From contig NZ_JAECZB010000024.1 in NCBI RefSeq assembly GCF_016056295.1, positions 46,275 to 110,274 of the forward strand: a stretch of 64,000 bases of DNA. The letters are read 5' to 3'. The position numbers and the translations under genes were made by a program. This DNA comes from Atlanticothrix silvestris CENA357 (lineage in GTDB: Bacteria > Cyanobacteriota > Cyanobacteriia > Cyanobacteriales > Nostocaceae). Below are positions 18,161-28,300 of this stretch, one piece after another; position 1 is the stretch's first letter; every line of letters begins with the position of its first letter. The notes beneath the pieces were generated by a model. The model was given only the letters and a program-made list of their open reading frames with translations. It did not search any database and was not told the origin of the DNA.

Positions 18161-19420
18161 ATGAATTTAAATAAAAATATCATTAATAACGGATTATTAT
18201 TTGCATTCACGATGTGGTTATGTAGCCGTATCGTCGTTATCATTACTATGTTACTAATTGCTCCTTTATTTCCAGTGCCGTCTGATGCGTCCGCTGTCAC
18301 AGTCAGCTGGGATGTTTTTTCAGCATGGGACAGTGAATGGTATCGCAAAATAGTGACTTATGGATATGAATATATTAATGATGGTAAACAGCATTCTATT
18401 GCTTTTTTTCCGCTTTTTCCTTTGTTAATTCGGGCAATTATGAGTTTCGGCTTGTCATTTGAAGTGGCAGGTACACTATTAAATAACTTGTCATTTTTAG
18501 CAGCATTAATAGTGTTGTATTTTTGGGTAGAGGAACGCAATGGTAAAAATTCAGCACGTTGGACTACAGCGGTTTTGGCTTGGTGTCCTTATTCAATTTA
18601 TGGCACTGTAATTTACACCGAAGGGCTATTTCTATTGTGCAGTACAGCAGCCTTACGAGCCTTCGATAAACAGCAATATACCTGGGTAGCTTTCTGGGGA
18701 GCATTATCTACTGCGACGCGATCGCCTGGGATGGCACTCATACCTGCTTTTTTATTCGCATCTTGGAAACAGCGTCGAGGAGTCAAAGCCTATATTGCTA
18801 GTTTAGCTGTTGGCTTGGGTGTGTTTTTATACAGCCTATATTGTCAAATTCAATTTGGTGATGCTTTAGCTTTTGTCCATGTACAAAAAGGGTGGCGGAC
18901 TTCAGCAGGGTTTGCTTGGCAAGGTTGGTTAATGATGCTTAGAGAAATTACTTTAGGAAATGCCTATTGGCAATTTACTGGTATACAAGATCTTTGGCAT
19001 CCGCTGCTGTTTATTATGATTATCGTCACTGGCTTTTTGCTATGGCACTTTCGTCAACGGCTTGGTTATACAAATGTGCGCTATGGATTTTATTTATTAT
19101 GGTTGCTAATTTGGTTTTTGGCAGAGTATGAATTAGTAAAATTTGTACTGATTTTTGGTGGTTTATTATTGTTATGGTTTTCGCGGGCAAAAATTCCTCT
19201 GACTGCCGTTGTTTATGGCTTTTTTTCCTACGCTTTAATTCTCAATACTGGCCTCACAGCTTCGGTTGAACGCTACGCTTATGGTATTGTGTCGCTATCA
19301 TTTGCTTTTGGCCTGTTGCTGGCTCGTTATCCGCGTTGGGGATATGCAGTGATGATATTTTTTGCCATCTTATTAGCAAATTTATCTGTGCAGTTTTCCC
19401 AAAAGCAGTGGATAGCTTAA
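18161..19420 (+). CDS. GT-C-fold PIG-V/Mannosyl_trans2-like membrane glycosyltransferase (paralog B)
   Basis: WDSEWYRKIVTYGYEY...SIAFFPLFPLLIR. Collinear with paralog A (13709..14983) over its full length. Confidence 0.55.
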   Translation: MNLNKNIINNGLLFAFTMWLCSRIVVIITMLLIAPLFPVPSDASAVTVSWDVFSAWDSEWYRKIVTYGYEYINDGKQHSIAFFPLFPLLIRAIMSFGLSFEVAGTLLNNLSFLAALIVLYFWVEERNGKNSARWTTAVLAWCPYSIYGTVIYTEGLFLLCSTAALRAFDKQQYTWVAFWGALSTATRSPGMALIPAFLFASWKQRRGVKAYIASLAVGLGVFLYSLYCQIQFGDALAFVHVQKGWRTSAGFAWQGWLMMLREITLGNAYWQFTGIQDLWHPLLFIMIIVTGFLLWHFRQRLGYTNVRYGFYLLWLLIWFLAEYELVKFVLIFGGLLLLWFSRAKIPLTAVVYGFFSYALILNTGLTASVERYAYGIVSLSFAFGLLLARYPRWGYAVMIFFAILLANLSVQFSQKQWIA

Positions 19421-19452
19421 ATCAAGGAATAGTAAATAGTAACTGATAACTG

Positions 19453-21003
19453 TTAACTGATTTTTGGCGCAATCAAAATAAAGTTTTCAGCCTCACTCAA
19501 AGCTTTAGTTTCAGGTAAATTTATTTGTTTTAAAGTTGCATTATCTAATAGCAAATAAGATTGATTTGCCCACATTTTTTGTAAAACTGGAATAGTTACC
19601 GGAACAACTTTACAATCACAGTAAAAGTCTAAACTAGGACGACCATAAGCAAAAGAAGTGTAAATTGTAGTTCCCGGTGCGACGTTTGCGCGAATTAATG
19701 CAGCAACTGGCTTCACGGCAAAAGTTTCATTTAATTCCCAAATCCACAATTGTGAACTCATCAACAGTACTAAAACTAAGTACATTCCAGAAAATAGAAC
19801 TGGAATAAAACGGCGATCGCGCTGTTGAATCAGCCATGCTACGATGCCCATGCTAATTACCAAAACTATGCTCATGGCAATTAAAACAGGCTGATAATCT
19901 GCAATCGTAAAGTAAACGCAACCTCCTAAACCTGCGATCGCTATTACACCAAATAAGATTGTCCAAATTCGTGCTTTAAAACGCTGGTGTTGCGAAATTT
20001 CACTGAGTTTAGCACCAACTGCCAGAGCTAAAAATGGATAGACAGGCATGATATACCACGGAAGTTTTGTTTCCATCAAAGAAATACTTCCTAAGTAAAC
20101 AACTGTGCCAATCAAAATTAGACGACCCCAGGAAGTATGGTATTTTTTCCCAGCAAAATACAATCCTCCAGGCAAAAATATCAACCAGGGAAAACCATAT
20201 TTAAGTAACTCAATTAAATAGTACCAGGGAGGCCCGCTATGACCTTCCACAGGTTGCACAAGACGCTCAAAGGTCTGTGCTTGAAAATTAACCTGTAAAA
20301 AATTCCCACCATAATGTTGCCATTGAGCAACATACCAAGCGATCGCAGGCGCAGTTCCTAAAAATATTCCTACCCATAAATAAGGGCTTATTAACAAAGC
20401 AAATTGTCTATCTGCAAGCAGAAATAAACAAGCGATGCCTCCCAGCAACAAAACTATCATTCCCTTAGTCAGAGTAATTAGCCCTAAGCAAATTCCCACA
20501 CCTAAAGCATACAGACGATTTTGGCTGGCTTTCAAACAGCAAAACAATAACAGTATAAAAAAAGTAATCGACGCGCCATCTAACATCGCCAGCCGTCCGT
20601 GGCGCACCACAGGTAACATTGTTAAGTAAACCAAAGCAGCAAACAAAGCTGGTAAACTTTGGTTAAAAATCAAGCGCCCCACCAAGTAAAGCAAAGGCAC
20701 TCCTAAAGCAGTTAAAACTGCACTAGGTAAGCGTGTAGTCCATTCATTCACGCCTCCTAGGGAATAAGCCCAAGCAATTAGCAAATGGATCAAAGGTGGC
20801 TTATTATGATATGGTTCACCTCCCAAGGTAGGGTAAAGCCAACGCAGAGAACCCACTGGGGCACGCCAAATTTCGCGGGCAACCTGTGCGACAGTACCTT
20901 CATCCCAGTCTCGTAAGGGGGAATTTCCCAAAAATATCAGCCATAGAATGAGAGATCCCACGAGCAAGGTCAATAGCCATTCTTTTTCTGGGAATGGACG
21001 CAT
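19453..21003 (-). CDS. ArnT-like GT-C glycosyltransferase (family 39/83), polyprenyl-phosphate-sugar dependent
   Basis: N-terminal loop [17 protein letters not shown] (DE motif) followed by a multi-TM body. Divergently coupled to the GT2 gene, with a 10-bp start overlap. Confidence 0.7.
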   Translation of the reverse strand: MRPFPEKEWLLTLLVGSLILWLIFLGNSPLRDWDEGTVAQVAREIWRAPVGSLRWLYPTLGGEPYHNKPPLIHLLIAWAYSLGGVNEWTTRLPSAVLTALGVPLLYLVGRLIFNQSLPALFAALVYLTMLPVVRHGRLAMLDGASITFFILLLFCCLKASQNRLYALGVGICLGLITLTKGMIVLLLGGIACLFLLADRQFALLISPYLWVGIFLGTAPAIAWYVAQWQHYGGNFLQVNFQAQTFERLVQPVEGHSGPPWYYLIELLKYGFPWLIFLPGGLYFAGKKYHTSWGRLILIGTVVYLGSISLMETKLPWYIMPVYPFLALAVGAKLSEISQHQRFKARIWTILFGVIAIAGLGGCVYFTIADYQPVLIAMSIVLVISMGIVAWLIQQRDRRFIPVLFSGMYLVLVLLMSSQLWIWELNETFAVKPVAALIRANVAPGTTIYTSFAYGRPSLDFYCDCKVVPVTIPVLQKMWANQSYLLLDNATLKQINLPETKALSEAENFILIAPKIS

Positions 21004-21986
21004 ATCTAAAAATCAAGATAACTGTGACTAAGCCAATTTATTCTCTAGTAATCCCAATTTATAACGAAGAAGAAAATATTACTGAAATGTATCGTCGTCT
21101 GAGTAATGTAATGACACAGCTAGACGGTGATACTGAATTGATTTTAATTGACGATGGTAGCCGCGATCACTCTTTAAACATGATTCGTGAACTTCACCAT
21201 TGCGATCGTCGGGTGCGTTACCTTAGTTTTGCTCGAAATTTCGGTCATCAAATTGCAGTTACAGCAGGTCTAAACTTTGTCCAAGGCAAATGTGTCATTG
21301 TGATGGATGCTGATTTGCAAGATCCCCCAGAGCTAATTTTAAAGATGATTGCAACATGGCAACAGGGCTACCAAGTAGTGTACGCTCAACGCTTATCCCG
21401 CAAAAGAGAAAGTTGGCTCAAACGCTTTACCGCCTATGCTTTTTATCGATTTCTTCAGCGTTTGTCTAAAGTAGATATACCCACCGATACCGGGGATTTC
21501 TGCTTAATGGATCGACAAGTGGTAGATATTCTCAACGCCATGCCTGAACGTAATCGCTATATACGCGGTTTACGAGCTTGGGTAGGCTTCAATCAAACAG
21601 CAGTGCATTTTGAAAGAGATCCTCGTTTTGCTGGAAAAGTTAAATATTCTTTTGGTAAATCTTGGGCATTAGCAATTGACGGCATTATTTCTTTTTCAAC
21701 AGTGCCTTTAAAACTAGCAACTTATTTAGGAATGCTGTCCGCTGGTATTGCCCTGTTAATGATGATACTAGTGTTGTATTGGCGCTTAGTTGACCCAGTT
21801 TCCCCATTAATTGGTTTTACATTGATTACAATTGCTATGTTTTTTTTGGGTTCTGTGCAACTAATTTGTATTGGTATCTTAGGTGAATATATCAGTCGGA
21901 TCTATGAAGAGGTAAAAGGCCGCCCAATTTATACTTTGAAAGAAACAGGAGGTTTAGTTAGAGTGTCAGAAATGTCATCTAAATAG
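20994..21986 (+). CDS. GT2 polyprenyl-phosphate glycosyltransferase (ArnC/DPM1-like)
   Basis: [12 protein letters not shown] and [11 protein letters not shown] motifs (DxD-containing GT-A). Two C-terminal TM helices, as in ArnC/GtrB. Confidence 0.85.
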   Translation: MDAYLKIKITVTKPIYSLVIPIYNEEENITEMYRRLSNVMTQLDGDTELILIDDGSRDHSLNMIRELHHCDRRVRYLSFARNFGHQIAVTAGLNFVQGKCVIVMDADLQDPPELILKMIATWQQGYQVVYAQRLSRKRESWLKRFTAYAFYRFLQRLSKVDIPTDTGDFCLMDRQVVDILNAMPERNRYIRGLRAWVGFNQTAVHFERDPRFAGKVKYSFGKSWALAIDGIISFSTVPLKLATYLGMLSAGIALLMMILVLYWRLVDPVSPLIGFTLITIAMFFLGSVQLICIGILGEYISRIYEEVKGRPIYTLKETGGLVRVSEMSSK

Positions 21987-22060
21987 AAACAGAATTCTTA
22001 TTAACGAATTATAAGGATTGATTTATCCAAAATAAGCTAAATAATATAGAGGAAATTTTT

Positions 22061-22429
22061 GTGACTCTGCAAGAGTTTAGTTTACTGCTGATATCAATCT
22101 TAATCAGCGTAGCAGGACAGTTTTTTTTGAAAATGGGAGCAATTAAATTAGGTAAAGTTCATGTAGGAAATGCTGTGAACCATATTCTTAGCATCATAAC
22201 AACACCTGAACTGTTAATCGGCTTAACTTGCTACGCTATAGGTGCTGTGGTTTATATCCTACTTCTAACTAGAGTTAATCTCAGTGTTGCTGCACCATCT
22301 GTGTCAATAAGTTATATCTTCTCTGTATTGCTAGGTTACTTGATATTCAAGGAATCTATTCCTCACATACGTCTAGTGGGATTGACCTTGATTGTATTAG
22401 GGGTAATCTTAGTAGTCTGGCGAAAATAA
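22061..22429 (+). CDS. Small four-TM EamA/SMR-like transporter, ArnE/ArnF-like lipid-linked sugar flippase subunit
   Basis: 122 aa with four hydrophobic helices, placed immediately after the ArnC-like gene as in arn operons. Confidence 0.6.
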   Translation: MTLQEFSLLLISILISVAGQFFLKMGAIKLGKVHVGNAVNHILSIITTPELLIGLTCYAIGAVVYILLLTRVNLSVAAPSVSISYIFSVLLGYLIFKESIPHIRLVGLTLIVLGVILVVWRK

Positions 22430-23175
22430 AATTTAAGCAAAGCTCGATGATCATGAGCCTACAAATTGCGATCGCGTAGTCTTACTTGTAGTATATTTTG
22501 AATTTTTTAAGTATTAAACACTACTTTTTTTGTCGACAATTATCAGCAAACCTGATTAGGATTTCTAAGTTGTATTACAACAATTAAATTCCGTAGTTAT
22601 ACTGTAACTATTTATTTAAATTTCTAATATTAATTAAGTAATAGTCCCTTTTGATTGGGCAATAACAGCAACAGGCAAAAAACACTAGTATTTTAAATTA
22701 GCTTATAGGTACTTAATAGCTGAGCTATCAGCTTCGATTTTGAAGCAGAGCAGCCGATAAGATAGTTTTAAATGAAGAAATCACTAAAAAGTATATAAAT
22801 TAACTACAAAAAGCTCATTGGCAATGGGAAACTATGTTTATATGATTGCCGTCTATTTGCTTTGTATGTAGAACGCAGACGACAGAATTTGGAAAGACAA
22901 AAACTTAACTTTTTCTTAAAAAGGAAGCAATGGTACTAAGCAGTAGAATGTAACTTATAAACTATGAAACTGATAGTTTGACTATCCCAAGCTAAATATC
23001 ATAATTTGAAATTAAAGCTTTATAAGCTATAACCTAAATTTCTTAATTTCTGTGAATCTATATTCTAAAATTCAGGATTCACCGAAAAAATTTGGGTATC
23101 TAAATATTTAGAAAAACTTACTATAAATTCTGTCAGAACCATAAGTAGTGGTTTGACCCTTGAAGGAGCTATGAA

Positions 23176-24084
23176 GTGGAAAACAATAAATCGTTTCTTT
23201 GGCCACAAGGAATATTAATTGCGTTACTAGGTTTAAGTGCGAGTTTGAGTATTGGCTTGATGATGCTGATCAAGCCAAATGCCTCTGAGGCTCAAAGTGG
23301 ACAAAATATAAATGTAAGCAATACGACTGCGAGAGTAGGAACTCAGAAGCGTATTGAGGGTTTAAAGGCAGCAATGCTCACAAGTTGGCAGCAAGAAGCC
23401 CAAATAAAAGGTCTTTCCTATGCTGTAGCACCACGCTTTCAAGGAGTAACTATTCAGTCAGCAAAACTTACTCAAGGTCAGAAAGTAATAGCTTTGACCT
23501 TTGATGACGGCCCTTGGCCTGAGAGTACAGCGCAAGTGCTGAATATTCTTAAAGAAAATAATATTAAAAGTACGTTCTTTGTCGTAGGGCAGAACGTCAA
23601 GAACTATCCAGATTTAGTAAAACGAGTGGTAGCTGAAGGTCACGCTATTGGCAACCATACTTGGCATCACTGGTATCATTACATGAATCAACAGGCCGCC
23701 GCCTATGAAGTTGAGCATACAACAGATTTAATTTATAAAACTACAGGTGTTAAAACCAATTTATTTCGACCACCTGGGGGGATCATGCACAATGGCGTAG
23801 CTGCCTACGCTAGAAATAATAAATATGCACTCATTATGTGGTCTTCTGATTCATTAGACTACTCGCGTCTTACTGTACCCAAATTAATCAATAATGTGTT
23901 TAGACTGGCTAAACCTGGTGGAATTGTGTTACTGCACGATGGTGGCGGCGATCGCACTAAAACTGTTCAAGCTTTACCAGAAATTATTACTGGCTTTCGC
24001 AAGCAAGGCTATAGTTTTGTGACTATCCCAGAACTTTTAGAAATGCAAGATAAAGACCACAAGTTGATTGCCAACAAAAAGTAA
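23176..24084 (+). CDS. Secreted NodB-family (CE4) polysaccharide deacetylase
   Basis: N-terminal signal/TM segment. Catalytic motifs TFDDGPWPEST and HAIGNHTWHH. LLHDGGG motif. Confidence 0.85.
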   Translation: MENNKSFLWPQGILIALLGLSASLSIGLMMLIKPNASEAQSGQNINVSNTTARVGTQKRIEGLKAAMLTSWQQEAQIKGLSYAVAPRFQGVTIQSAKLTQGQKVIALTFDDGPWPESTAQVLNILKENNIKSTFFVVGQNVKNYPDLVKRVVAEGHAIGNHTWHHWYHYMNQQAAAYEVEHTTDLIYKTTGVKTNLFRPPGGIMHNGVAAYARNNKYALIMWSSDSLDYSRLTVPKLINNVFRLAKPGGIVLLHDGGGDRTKTVQALPEIITGFRKQGYSFVTIPELLEMQDKDHKLIANKK

Positions 24085-24220
24085 TTTTTATATTGAGTAA
24101 TAGTAGTTGCTGTGTAAGATAGTCCAAAGCTTCTTCACCGTAATTTTTTTGTGTTTATTGATTTGCTTGGTGGAAGCTTTCATCTATGGATGTATAACTT
24201 TACCGAAGTCACAACAATCC

Positions 24221-25093
24221 ATGACTGATAAAACTCAATACTTGTTGAAATTAGTAAAACGCAATGTCAAAGCGTATATCACCAACCCGAAAACGAAAGC
24301 TGTAATGATTACAGGCTCGGTCGCAGAAGGGCTGTGCGATGAATACTCAGATTGCGATGTGATGCTTTATTATGATGAATTGCCTTCTGAAAAAGAGTTG
24401 CACCTTGCACGTCAGCAAAATCAGGGTTCAGAGTTGATCGAGGTTTTGGGCGATCGCTCTGAGGGTGCGTTTGGTGAAAGTTTCCTTGTGAACGGGGTTG
24501 AATGTCAGTTTACTCATGCGACGATCGCACAATGGGAAAAAGAAATTTCAACCATCTTGGAGGAGTTTGATGTTCAATCTCCGATCATGAAAGCGATGTC
24601 AGGAACACTGGTAGGAATCCCGTTGTACGGCGAAACGCTGATTCAGCATTGGAAAGCCAAGGTTGCGAATTATCCGGATGGACTCGCGCAAAAGATGGTC
24701 GAGCATTATCTCAAGTTTGTCCCTATTTGGGGAATACAGTCCAAGCTTGCCAAACGGGATACAACACTCTGGTACTACCAAATCCTGGTTGAATCAGCTC
24801 AAAATCTTCTCGGTGTGTTGTCTGGATTAAACTGCTTGTATTACTCAACATTTCAATTCAAACGAATGAGCAGATTTATTGAGCAAATGAAGATTGCCCC
24901 TGAAAATCTTGCCTCTCGTCTCGAAGGCATGTTTCGCCACGAAGCCTCTGTAGCTGTCGATGAACTTGAAGCATTGGTTCGAGAAACCGTAGAACTTGTG
25001 GAGATTCATATACAAAGAGTGGATACTTCCGAAGCAAGACGGAGATTAGGATGGAGACAACAGCCGTGGAAACTTAGCGAATTAGAACGGTGA
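24221..25093 (+). CDS. KNTase/Lnu-like nucleotidyltransferase (pol-beta NTase N-domain fused to a helical HEPN-like C-domain)
   Basis: AVMITGSVAEGLCDEYSDCDVMLYY matches the hG[GS]...D.D NTase signature. It closely resembles the GSLGRQTDGPYSDIEMM region of kanamycin nucleotidyltransferase. ORF is listed from 24107, but the ATG at 24221 (MTDKTQYLL) is the plausible start. Local GC is higher than surrounding genes. Confidence 0.6.
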   Translation: MTDKTQYLLKLVKRNVKAYITNPKTKAVMITGSVAEGLCDEYSDCDVMLYYDELPSEKELHLARQQNQGSELIEVLGDRSEGAFGESFLVNGVECQFTHATIAQWEKEISTILEEFDVQSPIMKAMSGTLVGIPLYGETLIQHWKAKVANYPDGLAQKMVEHYLKFVPIWGIQSKLAKRDTTLWYYQILVESAQNLLGVLSGLNCLYYSTFQFKRMSRFIEQMKIAPENLASRLEGMFRHEASVAVDELEALVRETVELVEIHIQRVDTSEARRRLGWRQQPWKLSELER

Positions 25094-25154
25094 AGAATTC
25101 CAGCTAACAACCATGTTGCAGCGGAGCGTATCGAGTATTTAAAAATAATAAAAG

Positions 25155-25179
25155 CGTAGAGACGGCGATTTATCGCGTC
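25155..25179. repeat. Palindromic repeat GTAGAGACGGCGATTTATCGCGTCT (family member 2 of 3)
   Basis: Identical core to 11713..11737. Located 60 bp downstream of the NTase stop. Confidence 0.7.
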
Positions 25180-25347
25180 TGGTGTCTTAACCGAACAGTA
25201 TTGCGAGTGAATGGGGTTTTAAACCATTAGTGATTAGTCATGAATGCTTTACATGTGATACCAATTAAAAAAAAGAAAGTTACAGATTCAAGCATAGAAA
25301 ACTAGCTTAAATCTGACTTTCTTAACATCAATTGGTCTGACTAATAA

Positions 25348-28300
25348 CTAAACTGTACTCAGCTGTTCTTTTTTAGAATCTGCTTCTGGACTACTCGCTT
25401 CTGACGGCGGCACTAATTGCCAGAATTTAGGTAAGTACCCTTGCCAATTTTGCAGAATCATCTTCGCTTTTGGTGAACCAGTACGTATTGCATGAGTTTC
25501 AATTAACTCTTGCAGTTGTTTCTCGCCTGCTTCTGTAATTACCCGCTGAATTTTGACAATTTCTGGATTGACTAACTCCGGAAATGAGTCATCTTCATCT
25601 AGGAAATATGCTAGTCCACCAGTCATTCCAGCAGCCACGTTACGTCCTACTTTGCCAAGAACAACAATTACGCCACCAGTCATGTATTCACAACAGTGAT
25701 CCCCAGCACCTTCGATTACGGCTATGCCTTTGGAGTTCCGTACAGCAAAACGCTCTCCTGCTAAACCGTTGGCAAACAAAACGCCGCCTGTCGCGCCATA
25801 GAGGCAGGTATTACCCACTATGACATTTTGTGCAGGATTATAAGTAGCATTGATTGGAGGTTTAATGATAATTTCACCGCCGTGCATTCCTTTGCCTACA
25901 TAGTCGTTAGCTTCTCCTTCTAGGGTGAGAGTCATACCTGGGAGGTTGAAAGCGCCAAAACTTTGTCCAACACTACCTGTAAATTTGAGATTAATTTGCC
26001 CTTCAAAGCCGCTATCACCATACTGAGAAGCGATCGCTCCTGCTAATCTTGCACCAACTGTTCTGTCAGTGTTAACTATTCGTAAGCTTTTAGTGACACT
26101 AGATTGATTTTTAATGGCAGCTTGAATCTCCGGATCGGCCAGCAATTGGTCATCTATAACCACACCATTGCTATGGACTTCTTCATGTACCAACCAACCA
26201 CGGTTTTCTTTAGTATCTGGTAGCTGAAGCAAACAATTGAGGTTCAACGATTGTGTCTTGGTGAGTTTAGCTTCTGGTCGTACTGTCAACAAATCCGCAC
26301 GCCCAATAATTTCTGATAGGGAACGGTAGCCGAGTCGAGCTAGAAGACTCCGCACCTCTTCCGCTACAAAATAGAAGAAATTGACGACATGTTCTGGTGT
26401 GCCGTTAAAACGCTCACGTAGTTCTGCCTTTTGAGTAGCAACACCTACAGGGCAAGTGTTCTTATGGCAAACTCGTGCCATTACACATCCCTCGGCAATC
26501 ATGGCGATGGAACCGAAGCCAAATTCTTCGCCACCCATCAATGCACCGATAATGACATCCCAGCCGGTTTTGAAGCCGCCATCTACACGCAAAACCACGC
26601 GATCGCGCAGGCTATTTTGCATTAAAACGCGATGCACTTCGCTTAAACCAAGTTCCCACGGTGAACCAGCATGTTTAATCGAACTTAATGGTGATGCACC
26701 TGTACCGCCATCATGACCAGAAATCTGGATGATATCGGCGTTTGCTTTAGCCACACCAGCTGCGATCGTGCCAATGCCAATTTCTGCAACTAGCTTGACT
26801 GACACCTGCGCTTTGGGATTAATTTGGTGCAAATCAAAAATTAGTTGTGCCAGATCTTCAATGGAATAAATATCATGGTGTGGTGGTGGCGAAATCAGTG
26901 TAACACCCGGCTTAGAGCGTCTTAACATCGCAATGTATTGGCTTACCTTTGGCCCTGGTAGCTGTCCGCCTTCCCCAGGTTTTGCACCTTGAGCGATTTT
27001 GATTTCAATTTGTTTGGCACTGCTCAAATACCCTGGCGTTACTCCAAAGCGTCCCGATGCGACTTGCTTGATAACGCTGGAAGCAGTATCACCATTCCGC
27101 AATCCTTTTAAGTGCGGTAGGGTGGGCGAGTGACCAGATTCGTCTACATCATCCAATACTTTATAACGTACTGGATCTTCGCCACCTTCCCCAGAGTTAG
27201 ATTTACCACCAATGCGGTTCATGGCGATCGCTAAAGTTTCATGAGCTTCCCGCGATAAAGCGCCTAAAGACATGCCGCCAGTGCAGAAACGCTGGACAAT
27301 TTCAACTACTGACTCTACTTCTTCTACAGGAATTGGTGAGCGATCGCTTTGAAAGTCAAGCAAATCACGCAATGCTGTTATGGGTCTACCTTGCAGGTAT
27401 TGCTTATAAACTTCGTAGTGATCATAGTTTTTGCTATCCACAGCTTTATGCAACGCCTTCGCCATTTCTGGGCTGTTCATGTGGTATTCACCACCGCGTC
27501 GATACTGGACAAAGCCCAGGTTTTCTAACTTCTGGGTTGTCAGTTCGGGAAAGGCCTTGCTGTGGAAGGAAAGTACTTCAACAGCTAATTCACTAATACT
27601 CAAACCACCAATGCGGGAAGCTGTACCACGGAATCCCAATTCTAATAAATCCCCACCGATACCAATGGCTTCAAAAATTTGCGCTGCTTGATAGCTGGAG
27701 AGTAGAGAAATTCCCATTTTGGAGAGAATTTTCAATAAACCTGACTCTACAGCCTTGCGATAGTTACCTATAGCTTGTTCTACAGAAAAGGCGGCAATTT
27801 TACCTCGTTCCATAAACTGTTGCGTTTTGGGATCTAACCACCAATCACGCACAGTATCTAAAGCCATATAAGGACAAACTGCACCAGCCCCGTAGCCAAT
27901 CAGACAAGCAAAGTGATGGGTACTCCAGCACTGGGCAGTATTGACAATCAGGGATGCTTTCATTCGCAAACCTTCACGGATCAGGTGGTGATGTACAGCA
28001 CCCACCGCTAACAGAGGAGGAATATAGGTATATTCAGTACTAAGTGCAGAGCTTTGACGACTAGAATCGCTCAAAATCAAAATTTTCGCTCCAGCCCTGA
28101 CTGATTCTGCTGCTTGTGCTTGCAAAGATTGCACAGCTGCTTTCAATCCTTCTGGGCCGCTGGCAATTTCAAATAAAGTTGATAACTCAGCTGTCGCAAA
28201 GCCTGACAATTTAATAGCATCCAATTCTGCCTCTGTCAAAACTGGCGATTCCAGCTTTAATCTGCGGGCATATTCTGGTTTTGGTTCTAATAAGTTACCT

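Noticed and set aside
25584-27691. Small plus-strand ORFs within the gltS coding region
   Set aside because: Embedded antisense to a 1552-aa conserved gene; compositions are Arg/Ser/Cys-rich noise.
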